Shown here piece by piece: positions 25,976 through 35,923 of a stretch of 64,000 nucleotides of DNA. The DNA comes from an uncultured Owenweeksia sp. (GTDB lineage: Bacteria > Bacteroidota > Bacteroidia > Flavobacteriales > Schleiferiaceae). Numbering within the stretch: position 1 is the stretch's first letter; the number at the start of each line of letters is the position of its first letter. Made by a program: the position numbers and the translations under genes. The notes under the pieces were generated by a model. That model searched no databases, was not told the origin of the DNA, and worked only from the letters and a program-made list of their open reading frames with translations. Location: positions 305 to 64,304 of the forward strand of contig CAYYWL010000003.1 in the NCBI GenBank assembly GCA_964475135.1. The letters run 5' to 3'.

Positions 25976-26924
25976 AATTCCGCACGTAGCGGTGCACTTG
26001 GGGCGAACCACCTCCGGCTTTCTCGCTGAGAAGCACATAGGTTCCGTCCGTGAGCCATGCAAAAATCTCGCCCTGGGCCTCTTGCTCAGTGTACGGGAGC
26101 CGCGTCGGAACTCGCTGCAGCACGTCGCAGGCCGCCTCAGTGGGCCACGCATCCCAATAATAGAGCCGGCCGTAGCTACGCACCACGATCGGCGATCGTC
26201 CGTTGGGCAGCTGCAGGCGGTCCGCTGCGGTCGTCATGAATAAGGGCAGGTCACCGAGGTACTTCGCGGTATCTCCGCCCAACGTCGGCTCAGCTGGAAG
26301 CACATAGAGCCGGTTTCGCATGTCGCGCTTCGATACCAGGTAGATTCGGCCGTCAGGGTCGGCAAACATCGCCTCGGCGTCACGCGGACCGTCAGCATAG
26401 ATATAGGTCCACACCTTGGACGTCGTCGGTTGGTGGCTTTGCACGGCGGAACCTGCGGTATCGATTCCCGTCGGCTCAGGGAGCGCATAAATCCGGCGCA
26501 TCGGGCGAAGGCCGTCGTTGTCGCCGATTTCACCGATTCCCAACCACCGCTGACCGCTGGCATCGGTCCAATGGGCTAGGTCCTCCCAGTCTTCGTTGGT
26601 CCAGCCCGTAGCGAGCTGCACCCGGCTCATCACCCGACCGTTGCGCACGTCCACGAGGTAGAGCATGGGGCCGGCTCCGCCGTCCTCAATCACCCAGATC
26701 GCGTGCGGAGCCCACGAGCAGTGCACCGCCCCAGACGCCTCGTCCAGCGCCACAAACCCAGTGCTCAAGCGCGGAACCGTATCAAAGCCCGGTTGCACCG
26801 CCAGCGACGTGACGTCGTAGTTCACAGAAAAGGGAACGTAGGGTTCGGGCTGGGGCTCGCGGCAGGACTGGGCGGCAGCCATCGCGGGAAGTAGGGTCCA
26901 GAGGACAAGGTTGGTTGGGCGCAT
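25974..26924 (-). CDS. Secreted hypothetical protein (beta-rich, possibly beta-propeller)
   Basis: The ATG at 26924 gives MRPTNLVLWTLLPAMAAAQSC (signal peptide); the track uses a TTG at 26930. I recognise no catalytic motif. Confidence 0.65.
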   Translation of the reverse strand: MRPTNLVLWTLLPAMAAAQSCREPQPEPYVPFSVNYDVTSLAVQPGFDTVPRLSTGFVALDEASGAVHCSWAPHAIWVIEDGGAGPMLYLVDVRNGRVMSRVQLATGWTNEDWEDLAHWTDASGQRWLGIGEIGDNDGLRPMRRIYALPEPTGIDTAGSAVQSHQPTTSKVWTYIYADGPRDAEAMFADPDGRIYLVSKRDMRNRLYVLPAEPTLGGDTAKYLGDLPLFMTTAADRLQLPNGRSPIVVRSYGRLYYWDAWPTEAACDVLQRVPTRLPYTEQEAQGEIFAWLTDGTYVLLSEKAGGGSPQVHRYVRN

Positions 26925-26988
26925 GCACAAACCTACAAACTTGATGTTTTGGTAACGTTAGGCCATGGACCCGAGTCTACCTTTAAGT

Positions 26989-27990
26989 ATGATCTACCGC
27001 ACCAGCCTTTTCGGTCTTGCCCTCGCGGCCCTCGCGAGCTGCCAACCTTCAGCGGAACCGGCCACCTCTGCCCCAGTGGCCTATCCCGCACGCAGCGAAG
27101 CCCCCATTTTTCGGAGCCTCATTTTTGGCGACTGGGGACGCATGGGCATTGACCCGCAAATGCAGACTTCCCAAGAAATGGCTGAGTACGCACGCGAATT
27201 TCCGCTTGACTTTATCGTGAGTGTGGGCGACAACTTCTACGACAACGGCGTCACCGGGGTCGACGACCTCCACTGGACCCATTCGTTTGAAAAGGTGTAC
27301 CGCGACTCAAGCTTATTTGCACCGTGGTATGTGATTTTGGGCAACCACGACTACCGCGGAAGCATCGAGGCCCAAATGAACTACCGCTCGCCGAATTCCG
27401 ACCGCTGGAAGATGCCCGCCAAAAACTACGTAAAGACCTGGATCCGAGACGGCGTTAAGCTAGCAATGGTGTTCATTGACACTTCGCCGACCGAGGACCA
27501 GTACTACAGCGAAGAGAAGTACCGCCGCGTCTGGCAAGAGGATTCGGCGGCGCAAAAGGCATGGTTCCGCGCCGTAATGGATACGTTGAAGGCCAATTAC
27601 CGCGTCGTGGTGGGCCACCACCCCCTTTATTCGGGCGGAAAGCGCATGGGCGCCAAAACGCAAAGCCACCTCGACCACTGGGGGCCGCTTTTTGCCAAGT
27701 ACCAGGTTCGCACGTACTTGTGCGGCCACGAGCACGACCTGCAGCACATTCAGGCCACACTTACGGGGGGGCACTCGCTGGACCACGTGGTGACCGGCGC
27801 CGGAAGCGAAGTCCGTGAAACCGGTGAAATTCAGCACGGTGCTTACGAGGGCGATCAGGCCCAAACAATTTTTTCATTAGCTGCCAACGGATTTATGACT
27901 TTGGACGTGCACCGCGACGCCGCGGTCGCTACCTTGTGGTCCGGTGGACAGCCCGTACACCAATTCACTATTAAACCCGACAACCTATGA
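26989..27990 (+). CDS. Purple acid phosphatase-type metallophosphoesterase (acid phosphatase type 5-like)
   Basis: The ATG at 26989 gives MIYRTSLFGLALAALASC (lipoprotein signal). The motif series GDWG, GDNFYD, GNHDY, VVGHHP and GHEHD is present. Confidence 0.88.
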   Translation: MIYRTSLFGLALAALASCQPSAEPATSAPVAYPARSEAPIFRSLIFGDWGRMGIDPQMQTSQEMAEYAREFPLDFIVSVGDNFYDNGVTGVDDLHWTHSFEKVYRDSSLFAPWYVILGNHDYRGSIEAQMNYRSPNSDRWKMPAKNYVKTWIRDGVKLAMVFIDTSPTEDQYYSEEKYRRVWQEDSAAQKAWFRAVMDTLKANYRVVVGHHPLYSGGKRMGAKTQSHLDHWGPLFAKYQVRTYLCGHEHDLQHIQATLTGGHSLDHVVTGAGSEVRETGEIQHGAYEGDQAQTIFSLAANGFMTLDVHRDAAVATLWSGGQPVHQFTIKPDNL

Positions 27991-28289
27991 GCCAGCCTAC
28001 TGCCCAGCAGATTCTCGACACCCTTTGCGATGCCTACGGCACCACGTTGGCCGAAGTCATGTCGAACCTCGATGCCGAATCAGATATTCCGGCCGACGTT
28101 CAAGCCGCCGAAGAAGTTATGAAGATGGTCTTCAGCGGAATCATCAACGAAGCGTTTGACGAGGGCCGCGCCCGCACCGTCGAAATGGAAAAAGACGACC
28201 AATTCGGCATTTTGATCGACGAAGACTTTCTCGAAGAGATCGGCTTTGAGCTCGATTTTGACGAAGTCGACGAGGACGAAGAAGAATAA
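27987..28289 (+). CDS. Small highly acidic hypothetical protein
   Basis: 100 aa with an ATGA overlap with the phosphatase stop. The C-terminus is EEIGFELDFDEVDEDEEE. No family is recognised. Confidence 0.6.
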   Translation: MSQPTAQQILDTLCDAYGTTLAEVMSNLDAESDIPADVQAAEEVMKMVFSGIINEAFDEGRARTVEMEKDDQFGILIDEDFLEEIGFELDFDEVDEDEEE

Positions 28290-28408
28290 CCCAAATTTTA
28301 CCTCCACCTAAGTTTGCGGCACGTCCTTTGCTGACAGAGGCTCGGAACCGCTTCTCGCTCTGCGTTTCGTAGTGTGTTAAGGTGTTAAGGTATACTGGTT
28401 CCCCTAGA

Positions 28409-28433
28409 AGCCCGCAGTAATGCGGGCTTTTTT
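28409..28433 (+). terminator. Intrinsic terminator
   Basis: The stem AGCCCGCA/TGCGGGCT has a GTAA loop followed by TTTTT. It lies ~120 nt after the stop of the acidic-protein gene. Confidence 0.8.
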
Positions 28434-28446
28434 GGTACTTTTAAGA

Positions 28447-29799
28447 ATGCTTCGTTCAAAGACAGTGTTTTGGTTGGTGGCGGTGGTCGCAGTGGTGGTC
28501 ACCTTTTGGCAGCAACCCTGGACGGTGCGGGGCGGCTACGTGCGCAACCAGGTCATTTCGTACGATGTGGCGGGCTACTATGCCTACCTCCCCATGGTGT
28601 TTATTGAGGGCGACGTGCGGCTCGAGAAGCCTTGGAAGTACGACATGATCCAGCTCGTCGGTGTGCACGAACACCCCGAATCGGGCGGACGCCACCTCAA
28701 GTTCACCATGGGTATGGCCTTGCTCTACGCGCCGTTTTTTGCCGCTTCCCACGCGTACACCCTCGTCGTGAATCCCGCTGAGGCCCACGGGTTTTCGATC
28801 CCTTACCGAGTAGGTATCGCCCTGGCCGGCCTCTTCTACCCGCTTTTGGGCCTTTCCCTGCTTCGGCGGGTGCTGCGCCACTACGTTCCCGATGCGGCGA
28901 TTGCGTGGACGCTCGTCGCCCTCTTTTTGGGCACCAACCTCTTTTACTACGGAACCTACCGCGGGGCCATGAGCCACGGGGCCACCTTCATGCTCACCGC
29001 GGCGATGCTGTTTCACGCCGACCTCTGGCGCCGGCGCGAACAGGCCTGGCGGCTGCTGGTGCTCGGAGCCCTCACGGGCCTCATCGTACTGATCCGTCCT
29101 GTCAACGTCCTGATTCCGATTGCGGTGGCCGCAATGTTCACGCTCGACGGCCGCCTCCCCAAGGGACTGCTGACCGAAAAGCGCTTGGCCTGGGCCGTGG
29201 GTGTGGCTGTGGCTGTCGGAATTCCGCAAATGATCTACTGGAAGCTCAGTACCGGCCACTGGATCGTGTGGTCCTATGGCGCTGAGGGCTTTTTTTGGTC
29301 GGACCCCGCCTGGATCCAAGGCCTGTTCAGCTGGCGCAAAGGTTGGATGCTGTATACTCCGATGGCCGCGTTTATGATCTTCGGATTTTGGGGGCTGGCT
29401 CGCAAAAAGCCAACGTGGGGACTGGTGGTGGGACTCTACCTAATTGTTCATGCCTACGTCACGTTCTGCTGGTGGGCATGGTGGTACGGCGGAAGCTTCG
29501 GGTCTCGTCCCCTAATCGACGCCTACGCACTACTGGCGCTGCCGTTAGCCGTGTACTTCCAGCGGATGCTCGAGGAATCCCCTACTTGGCTCCGCCGGTT
29601 AAGTCTTGCGGGCGTGGTGGGGCTTGTGGGGCTCAACCTGGTTCAGACCTATCAGTACAACGCTGGGTTTATTCACCACGACAGCATGTCCCGAGAAGCC
29701 TACTTCGAAGTACTTCAAACGTTTGACTACCCCCACAAGGAGTCCCTCGACGCACCCGACTACGAGGCGGCCCTTGATGGCCGAACGGAGCGCTACTAA
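28447..29799 (+). CDS. Polytopic membrane protein, GT-C fold (ArnT/PMT, GT39-like) glycosyltransferase candidate
   Basis: The track start at 28420 lies inside the terminator hairpin, so I prefer the ATG at 28447 (MLRSKTVFWLVAVVAVVV). There are many TM helices. Assignment to the family is by general resemblance only. Confidence 0.6.
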   Translation: MLRSKTVFWLVAVVAVVVTFWQQPWTVRGGYVRNQVISYDVAGYYAYLPMVFIEGDVRLEKPWKYDMIQLVGVHEHPESGGRHLKFTMGMALLYAPFFAASHAYTLVVNPAEAHGFSIPYRVGIALAGLFYPLLGLSLLRRVLRHYVPDAAIAWTLVALFLGTNLFYYGTYRGAMSHGATFMLTAAMLFHADLWRRREQAWRLLVLGALTGLIVLIRPVNVLIPIAVAAMFTLDGRLPKGLLTEKRLAWAVGVAVAVGIPQMIYWKLSTGHWIVWSYGAEGFFWSDPAWIQGLFSWRKGWMLYTPMAAFMIFGFWGLARKKPTWGLVVGLYLIVHAYVTFCWWAWWYGGSFGSRPLIDAYALLALPLAVYFQRMLEESPTWLRRLSLAGVVGLVGLNLVQTYQYNAGFIHHDSMSREAYFEVLQTFDYPHKESLDAPDYEAALDGRTERY

Positions 29800-29801
29800 A
29801 T

Positions 29802-29836
29802 AAAAAGCCCGCCGAACGTATGCTCGGCGGGCTTTA
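29802..29836. terminator. Bidirectional intrinsic terminator between convergent genes
   Basis: AAAAA is followed by the stem GCCCGCCGA/TCGGCGGGC and then TTT. Confidence 0.8.
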
Positions 29837-29851
29837 ATCGGTCGACTCTGC

Positions 29852-31459
29852 TTAGTGGCGAATCAGCTTCGCAGTATGCACTCCGCGCTCGGTGTGCAGT
29901 CGTACGAAGTAGGCTCCAGGCGCCCATGCAGCGCTAGGAAGTTCCACTTCCTCAGCATTGAGCGAGCGAGCAAACACGGGGCGTCCGAGGATGTCGTACA
30001 CCTCTACTGAGGTAGCACTCGCTCCAAAGGCGCGCACCACTGCGTTCGAAGTAGTTGGGTTCGGCACAAGCTGCACCTTTACCGACTCCACTTCGGGAAC
30101 CGAGATACTGTAGCCCACCGCGTTCAACGCCTTAGCCATACGGGGAAGCGTGTACGCCATCACCGTGTCGATGTACAGCATCGATTGGGCCTTGATGTTC
30201 GGGTTGGTTTCGTTTGCAGATAACGGGTCGTTGGCATCCCACCAATCCCACGGGTTGGCATTCACGCGGAACGGCATCGCCATGTTCGGCGGAAGCATGT
30301 TAAACGTGTAAATGTTGTCTTGGTTACCCACGTTGTGCGGATTCGTGCGCGCCTTCACACTGTAGGCGTCATTCATCGCAGAAGCGGCGAGTACGCTGTT
30401 GTTGCCCGTGCTGTTGGCCATCTTGACAGCGGTATGCGATCCGGCTACTTCAACTACGGGGAAGAAGGCCCCCGCAATGGGAACATTGACCATTCCGCGG
30501 TAGTAGGGAGCAAAAAAGTCGTAGCGGCTGTGGAAGCTTACCATCGGCGCGTCGCCCTGGGCCAACCACGCGGAGTCGCCGAGTGCTCCGCCCAAGTTGA
30601 TCACCATGTTGACAGCGTGTGGAACGCCCTTGTAGAGCTCAATGTTGCGGCCTGGCTGCGTTTGGTCCACCAACGGAAGGCCCGTGACGGGGTGGGTTCC
30701 GCTAATTGTCGCCTTGCCGCCGTAGCCGTTCCAGTCGCCCACTACCGCGGTATCGATGTAGGGGTCGCCCGCGTTGACGCTGCCGCCGAACATGCCGGTT
30801 CCGGCTGCAGTATACTGGAATTTCGCAGGGGATGCAATCTCGGCAAGGTTGTTAATAGTGGCGTACGCCAGCGTAATATAGCCCCCTGATCCGGCACCCA
30901 TCAGCGAGATCGCACTGGGGTCGATGCGGTAGGGATCGCCTAGGACGAGCTTCGAGGCGCGCATGGCGCGCACGCAGACTTTAGCGTCCTGCACCGCATT
31001 GTACACAGCCATCAGGTTGGTTCCGCGGCGAAGGTCCAAGTTGGTCGAGTTGGCCAACCAACCGAGGCGGTAGCTCGCTGAAACGGCAACAAATCCACGG
31101 CGCGCAAAGCGCTTGGCGATTTCAACCACGGCCGAATCCTTGCGGTCGCCCATGGGAGAGGCTAGGCCCTTCGGCAGGAAGGATCCTGTGTGAAAAATGA
31201 TTACGACCGGGCGCGCCGTCTCGCTGTCAACGGCCGTGTCGGGCATATAGACGTCGGCGTACATCGGAATCACCATCGGGCCACCCATAGTGGCGGGCAC
31301 GTACTGGCTGAAGTTGTAGCCGTAGGCCACGTTAGGAAGCACAGTGAGTTGTGCGTTGGTAAAGACTTCGTCGACGTAGCGCGACTGCGCAGAAGCCGTG
31401 AAGCTCGCTGTGGCCAGCGCCATGGCCGCCAACAGAATTTTTGTGTAGGGTTTAATCAT
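29852..31459 (-). CDS. T9SS-secreted alpha/beta-hydrolase (esterase/lipase-like)
   Basis: It has a signal peptide, FHTGSF (oxyanion-like) and a nucleophile elbow LMGAGSGGY. The C-terminus VQLVPNPTTSNAVV...YFVRLHTERGVHTAKLIRH resembles a T9SS CTD. Confidence 0.8.
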   Translation of the reverse strand: MIKPYTKILLAAMALATASFTASAQSRYVDEVFTNAQLTVLPNVAYGYNFSQYVPATMGGPMVIPMYADVYMPDTAVDSETARPVVIIFHTGSFLPKGLASPMGDRKDSAVVEIAKRFARRGFVAVSASYRLGWLANSTNLDLRRGTNLMAVYNAVQDAKVCVRAMRASKLVLGDPYRIDPSAISLMGAGSGGYITLAYATINNLAEIASPAKFQYTAAGTGMFGGSVNAGDPYIDTAVVGDWNGYGGKATISGTHPVTGLPLVDQTQPGRNIELYKGVPHAVNMVINLGGALGDSAWLAQGDAPMVSFHSRYDFFAPYYRGMVNVPIAGAFFPVVEVAGSHTAVKMANSTGNNSVLAASAMNDAYSVKARTNPHNVGNQDNIYTFNMLPPNMAMPFRVNANPWDWWDANDPLSANETNPNIKAQSMLYIDTVMAYTLPRMAKALNAVGYSISVPEVESVKVQLVPNPTTSNAVVRAFGASATSVEVYDILGRPVFARSLNAEEVELPSAAWAPGAYFVRLHTERGVHTAKLIRH

Positions 31460-31498
31460 GCGTTTAGGTAATTAATGTTCAGAAACTTACGAAAATTT

Positions 31499-34249
31499 TC
31501 ATTTAGTTGGTGCATCCCAGGTCAGTGAGAGGTATGTGAGTCGGCCTACAGCAGGGCCCCCGTATACCTGAACGACGCGCTGATTGAGCAGATTACTTGA
31601 CCCCAATTTGACCGTCCAGTGGGTGTCGGCCGAGGTCCACGAGGTCTGTGCATCGACGAGACTGTAGCTCGGAATCCGCCCCGTAAACTGGGGAGACCCC
31701 TCAAAGAGGAAGCCTTCGACCCACTTGTATGCCAGGGTGTAGCCGCAGCGGCCTTTGCCTAGCTTCCAGTTGAGGTCGCGGCCTGAAATTGAGAGGTTGT
31801 ACTTGTGCTCCGGCGTGTTGTATGCTGGAATAATGGGGTCGTCGGCACCTGAATTCAGCACGTTCCAAGTGTAGTTTCCGGCCAACGTATAGCGCTTGAT
31901 GTAGTAGTTCGCTCCGACACTAAAGCCTTGGGTGGTCACGCGCTCTTGGGCATTGGAAGCCAAGCGGTAGGCCTGTGCGCTGCGAAGGCGGTCTGCCGCG
32001 CTCCCGCCGGGGTTGTCGTCAATTTTCAGGGCTAAATGGTAGCCTATGAAGTCGGTGTACCAACTGTAGTAGTAGGTAGCATCTAGGTAGAGTCTGTCCC
32101 ACCATGTACTACGGTAGCCTAGTTCGACATTGCGCACCTGCTCGGGGCGGACGCCCGGCATGCTGTAGTACTGCCACTGCCAGTTGGCGCGATCTTGGGG
32201 GCCTGCAGCCAAGAAGTCGCCGACCTCATCAATAGTTACCAGTGAATCGTAGCCATTCAAATTACCCAACAGCAGCGCCCGGCCCACATTGTAGTAGAGA
32301 TACTGGTCCTGGAGGGTTGGGTTCCGCACTGCCGAAGAAAAGCCCAAGCGCCACACTGTTTGGGCGGTGGGGCGGTACACAATTGAGGCCGCAGGTGAAA
32401 AGAGCCACTTAAAGTTTTGGTTTTTATCCGCTCGCGCTGTCGCATTCAGGGTCCAGTGGTCGCCCCATTGGCGCTGGTAGCCGGCGTAGAGCCCCAGTTC
32501 CGCCACGCGAAGCACGCGGCCGTTGGTGTCGCTAAATAAGGTTCCGCGCGAATTGGGGCGGTACTGGCGAAGGCTTGCCCCCAAAGTAAGCTGACCGCCC
32601 GCGAGGTCAAAGGCACGTTGGCCGTGCAGGTGCGCCAGTGAGGACCGATCCCAAAACTGCGAACCGCCTTCGGTGAATGGGCGGGTAATGATGGACTGCT
32701 TCAGCGCCTCAAATGCTGCTGACCCTGGGATCAGCATGCTGTCGGGGTCGTAGGCCATGTCCATCCAGTTGCGGTTGTCGGCGTGAAAAGATTGAAACGC
32801 TTCAGGATTGCTCGCCCACAGCTCGGCCATGGCGTCGCTGAATTCAGTATTCGGAAGTGTTTCACTCGGGTAACCGTTTAAACCGCGGACCTTTTGCTTT
32901 TGAAAAATGTTCCAAAACGAACGGTACTGGTTGGCCCAAAACCCTTCATTCAGCACCGAATCCTGCATGCGAAGGGCGGTGAAGTAGGCATCGTAGGTCT
33001 GGCCTGCGTCTTCGTGGGTGGTGTAGGCTCGCACAAACCAGTCCTCGCCCTTGCGCAATTCTATGCGGTTTTGAAGGAACTGTATGTCCTTTAGGCTAAA
33101 TCGGTTATCACCTTGATAGACGGTGGTTCCGGTTCCGTAGTTAAGGGCATAAATCCCTTCAATGCCCGACTTACTGCGGTAGTGTACCGATGTCGACATT
33201 TTGAGGTTTTCGGTATTGTAGTCCACCAGGGCGGATTCTTCGATGCCTCGGCGGTGGTAGGTTCCGATGCCCGCATAGGTTTTGACGTCGCCCCCGTCGT
33301 CGTAGGCGATTTCGTCGCCGTAGCGGTTCACCGCGTCGTAGCCTCCAGGGTTGTCGGCGGCAGACTTTGAATCGTCGGTCGGGTTGAGGTTGGTCGCCTC
33401 CCAGTCGTCGGCGCGCAGGGCAAATAGGTTGATTTTGTAGGCCCAACTCGCACTTCCGTCTGCCCGCTTAAACGCTTGAGCATGGCGGAACCCAAATTCC
33501 GCCAAGCGGCGCTCGCCCCCCTTAAACTGCACCGAGGTCCCCTGAAATAGGTACGGGTCTTTAGTGGTCATCGCGATGACGCCGTTGAATGCCGAAGGAC
33601 CGTAGAGCGCGCCCACCGCGCCCGAAATCACGTCGACTTGCTGCACGTCAAGCTCGCTGGCTCCCAGAAAGTTGCCGAGCGAGAAGTTGAGACCGGGAGC
33701 CTGGTTGTCGACGCCGTCAATGACTTGGAGGCTGCGCACCGGGCTAGTACTGTTGAATCCGCGGGTGTTGATGATTTTGAATCCTATGCTCGCTGAGGTG
33801 AGGTCCACGCCCTTCATGCTCCCGAGGGCTTCGTAAAAGTTCGGCGCAGGCGCCTCCTTCATGCTGGCCAAATCCAGCGCCTCGACGGTCAGCGGAGCCT
33901 GCTTTTGCTTCTCTGAAATCTTCGAAGCTACAATTTGCGCCTCGGCAAGTTCTACGGATGACGCGTTGAGTTTGATGTTCAGCGGATCCGAGTTCCGCAC
34001 CTCACCACGGTAGGTATCAAAACCAAACGCCTCTACCGTAATAGAGGAGGGAAGTCGTGCGCCCTGCACGACAAACTTGCCGTCGGGGTCCGTTACCGCC
34101 TTAGAAGAACCAACGGTAACTACCGCTGAAGGCACCGCCTCGCGGGTTTTGGCGTCGGTCACGGTTCCGGTGATTCGGGCCGTTTGCGCATAAATTGGCA
34201 TGGCGAGCACTAGACTCAGCAACCCAAGGATGCAGGCAAATAACTTCAT
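31499..34249 (-). CDS. TonB-dependent receptor with a carboxypeptidase-regulatory-like domain
   Basis: Signal peptide; ITGTVTDAKTREAVPSAVVTV...DGKFV; plug (VEALDLASMKEAPAPNFYEAL, INTRGF). 916 aa. Confidence 0.9.
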   Translation of the reverse strand: MKLFACILGLLSLVLAMPIYAQTARITGTVTDAKTREAVPSAVVTVGSSKAVTDPDGKFVVQGARLPSSITVEAFGFDTYRGEVRNSDPLNIKLNASSVELAEAQIVASKISEKQKQAPLTVEALDLASMKEAPAPNFYEALGSMKGVDLTSASIGFKIINTRGFNSTSPVRSLQVIDGVDNQAPGLNFSLGNFLGASELDVQQVDVISGAVGALYGPSAFNGVIAMTTKDPYLFQGTSVQFKGGERRLAEFGFRHAQAFKRADGSASWAYKINLFALRADDWEATNLNPTDDSKSAADNPGGYDAVNRYGDEIAYDDGGDVKTYAGIGTYHRRGIEESALVDYNTENLKMSTSVHYRSKSGIEGIYALNYGTGTTVYQGDNRFSLKDIQFLQNRIELRKGEDWFVRAYTTHEDAGQTYDAYFTALRMQDSVLNEGFWANQYRSFWNIFQKQKVRGLNGYPSETLPNTEFSDAMAELWASNPEAFQSFHADNRNWMDMAYDPDSMLIPGSAAFEALKQSIITRPFTEGGSQFWDRSSLAHLHGQRAFDLAGGQLTLGASLRQYRPNSRGTLFSDTNGRVLRVAELGLYAGYQRQWGDHWTLNATARADKNQNFKWLFSPAASIVYRPTAQTVWRLGFSSAVRNPTLQDQYLYYNVGRALLLGNLNGYDSLVTIDEVGDFLAAGPQDRANWQWQYYSMPGVRPEQVRNVELGYRSTWWDRLYLDATYYYSWYTDFIGYHLALKIDDNPGGSAADRLRSAQAYRLASNAQERVTTQGFSVGANYYIKRYTLAGNYTWNVLNSGADDPIIPAYNTPEHKYNLSISGRDLNWKLGKGRCGYTLAYKWVEGFLFEGSPQFTGRIPSYSLVDAQTSWTSADTHWTVKLGSSNLLNQRVVQVYGGPAVGRLTYLSLTWDAPTK

Positions 34250-34292
34250 AAAGGGGCGTTTAGGTCCCCGTAAAGTACGGATTTTCGGAATA

Positions 34293-35201
34293 CTACGGGA
34301 ACGCGACCGACCAGCGGCCGCTCAATACGCGGGCGTGAAATGCTTCGGCCAGCTTTACCGTGAGGGGTCCGCCCTGGCCGCTTCCGATGCGTCGCCCGTC
34401 CACCTCAACCACAGGGGTGAGTTCGCCCATAGTTCCGGTGCCGAAGGCCTCGTCGGCCGTGTAGAGTTCGGTTAGCGAAAGGTCGCGTTCCTCGGTCGGA
34501 ATCCCCAGTTCGCGCCCAAGCTCCAGCACGATTCCGCGCGTGATGCCAGGAAGGCAGTTGGTCGCGTGCGGCGTGAGCAAGTGACCGCCCCGAAACATGA
34601 AGATGTTGGTTCCGTTCATCTCGGCCACAAATCCGCGCTCGTCGAGCATCAGGGCGTCGTCGGCCCCCGCAACGTTCGCCTGAATTTTAGCCAAAATGTT
34701 GTTGATGAGGTTGTTGTGGTGAATTTTGGAGTCTACAAACTGCGGACTGTTGCGGCGAATCGCCGACGTCACGATGCGCACTCCGGCGGCATTGTCGTAT
34801 ACTGGCTTTTTCCACTCGGCCAGCACGATAAGGGTGCAGCCCTTTTGGTTGAGGCGCGGATCCATTCCTGAGGTAATCTTCTCGCCGCGCGTCAGGGTGA
34901 GGCGAATGTGGCTGTCGCCGCGCATTCCATTCGCTTCAAGTGTTTGAAAGATGGCGGAACGGACTTCGTCCCGCGACGGAACGTTGGCAAACGCCATCGC
35001 ATGCGCCGAGGCAAACAAGCGGTCGAGGTGGTAGTCTAGGGCAAAGATTCCGTTGGGATAGACCCGAAGCCCTTCCCAAACCGCATCGCCACCTTGGACC
35101 GCGGAATCGAATACGCTCACCTTGGCCTGGTCGCGGGGCCAGAGGCGGTCGCCGACCCAAACCTGAAGGTTGGCGTTTTGTGGGTTAAACGTTTGAAGCA
35201 T
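34293..35201 (-). CDS. Class IV (branched-chain/D-amino-acid type) PLP aminotransferase
   Basis: 302 aa with a typical fold-type IV sequence (VWEGLRVY, GFVAEMNGTNIFM, TPHATNCLPGITR). Confidence 0.85.
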   Translation of the reverse strand: MLQTFNPQNANLQVWVGDRLWPRDQAKVSVFDSAVQGGDAVWEGLRVYPNGIFALDYHLDRLFASAHAMAFANVPSRDEVRSAIFQTLEANGMRGDSHIRLTLTRGEKITSGMDPRLNQKGCTLIVLAEWKKPVYDNAAGVRIVTSAIRRNSPQFVDSKIHHNNLINNILAKIQANVAGADDALMLDERGFVAEMNGTNIFMFRGGHLLTPHATNCLPGITRGIVLELGRELGIPTEERDLSLTELYTADEAFGTGTMGELTPVVEVDGRRIGSGQGGPLTVKLAEAFHARVLSGRWSVAFP

Positions 35202-35212
35202 GTGAGACGAAT

Positions 35213-35923
35213 TTAGTCAAGGGTGAGGGCGTGCGGGGTCAACTGTGCGTACCATGGGGCTGCCTCTTCAGCAAGGGCCTCGAGGTGCTCGGCCATGCGC
35301 GGGGGTTCAGGAGTCGCCGGGCCAAAGCCGGTGGACTGGTGCACCTGAGCATACCAATGCGGAGCCCACACCCCGTCGAAGGGCTTGGGGCCAGCCGGCC
35401 ACGAAAGCTGTTCCGGTCGAAACTCAAGGTCCAGCGCCGCACACAGCTTTTGAAATCCGCGCTCGGGATCGCGCAGTAGTTGGTCCGAGTCAACCACCAC
35501 GTATTCGGAGCCCATCGACTGAAGCTGGTTCAGCGCCTCAAGTTGCTCGCGCAGCGCCACATCCCGCAGCTGAACATCCGGAACCACCTTGGCAAACGAG
35601 GCGATGACTTTGCGTGGACTTCGGATCCACAGAATGTGCTTCCAATCTGCTGCGGGTGTTAGGTCAACACCATCCATGTGGTGCGCCATGTTTTTGAGGT
35701 ACACCGGTTGGGGGTGCCCCGCGAGCTGCGCCCAAACTTCGGTCGGGTCGATAGGCTGGCTTGCTAAAACGTCCGCACGTCTGGGATGATCCGCCCCTGT
35801 TCGCGCCAAGTAGGCCGCATAAAAAGGCTCGTCGACCACCGACCACCCCGGCCGCTGGGCAAAGCTGTACATCAGTGCAGTAGAAACGTTTCGGGGTCCC
35901 GAAAGGGAGTGTACGTAGCTCAT
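35213..35923 (-). CDS. Sulfotransferase-fold P-loop protein, function unknown
   Basis: An N-terminal LSGPRNVST resembles the PAPS 5'-phosphate loop, and IRSPRKVIAS resembles the 3'-phosphate motif. ATGA overlap with the upstream DUF2490-like gene. Confidence 0.65.
   Translation of the reverse strand: MSYVHSLSGPRNVSTALMYSFAQRPGWSVVDEPFYAAYLARTGADHPRRADVLASQPIDPTEVWAQLAGHPQPVYLKNMAHHMDGVDLTPAADWKHILWIRSPRKVIASFAKVVPDVQLRDVALREQLEALNQLQSMGSEYVVVDSDQLLRDPERGFQKLCAALDLEFRPEQLSWPAGPKPFDGVWAPHWYAQVHQSTGFGPATPEPPRMAEHLEALAEEAAPWYAQLTPHALTLD

Noticed and set aside
29004-29020. TGTTTCACG half-sites (also near 61841) as possible parS sites
   Set aside because: Only half of the 16-bp parS palindrome is present, and one site lies inside a coding region. 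These are best explained as chance matches.
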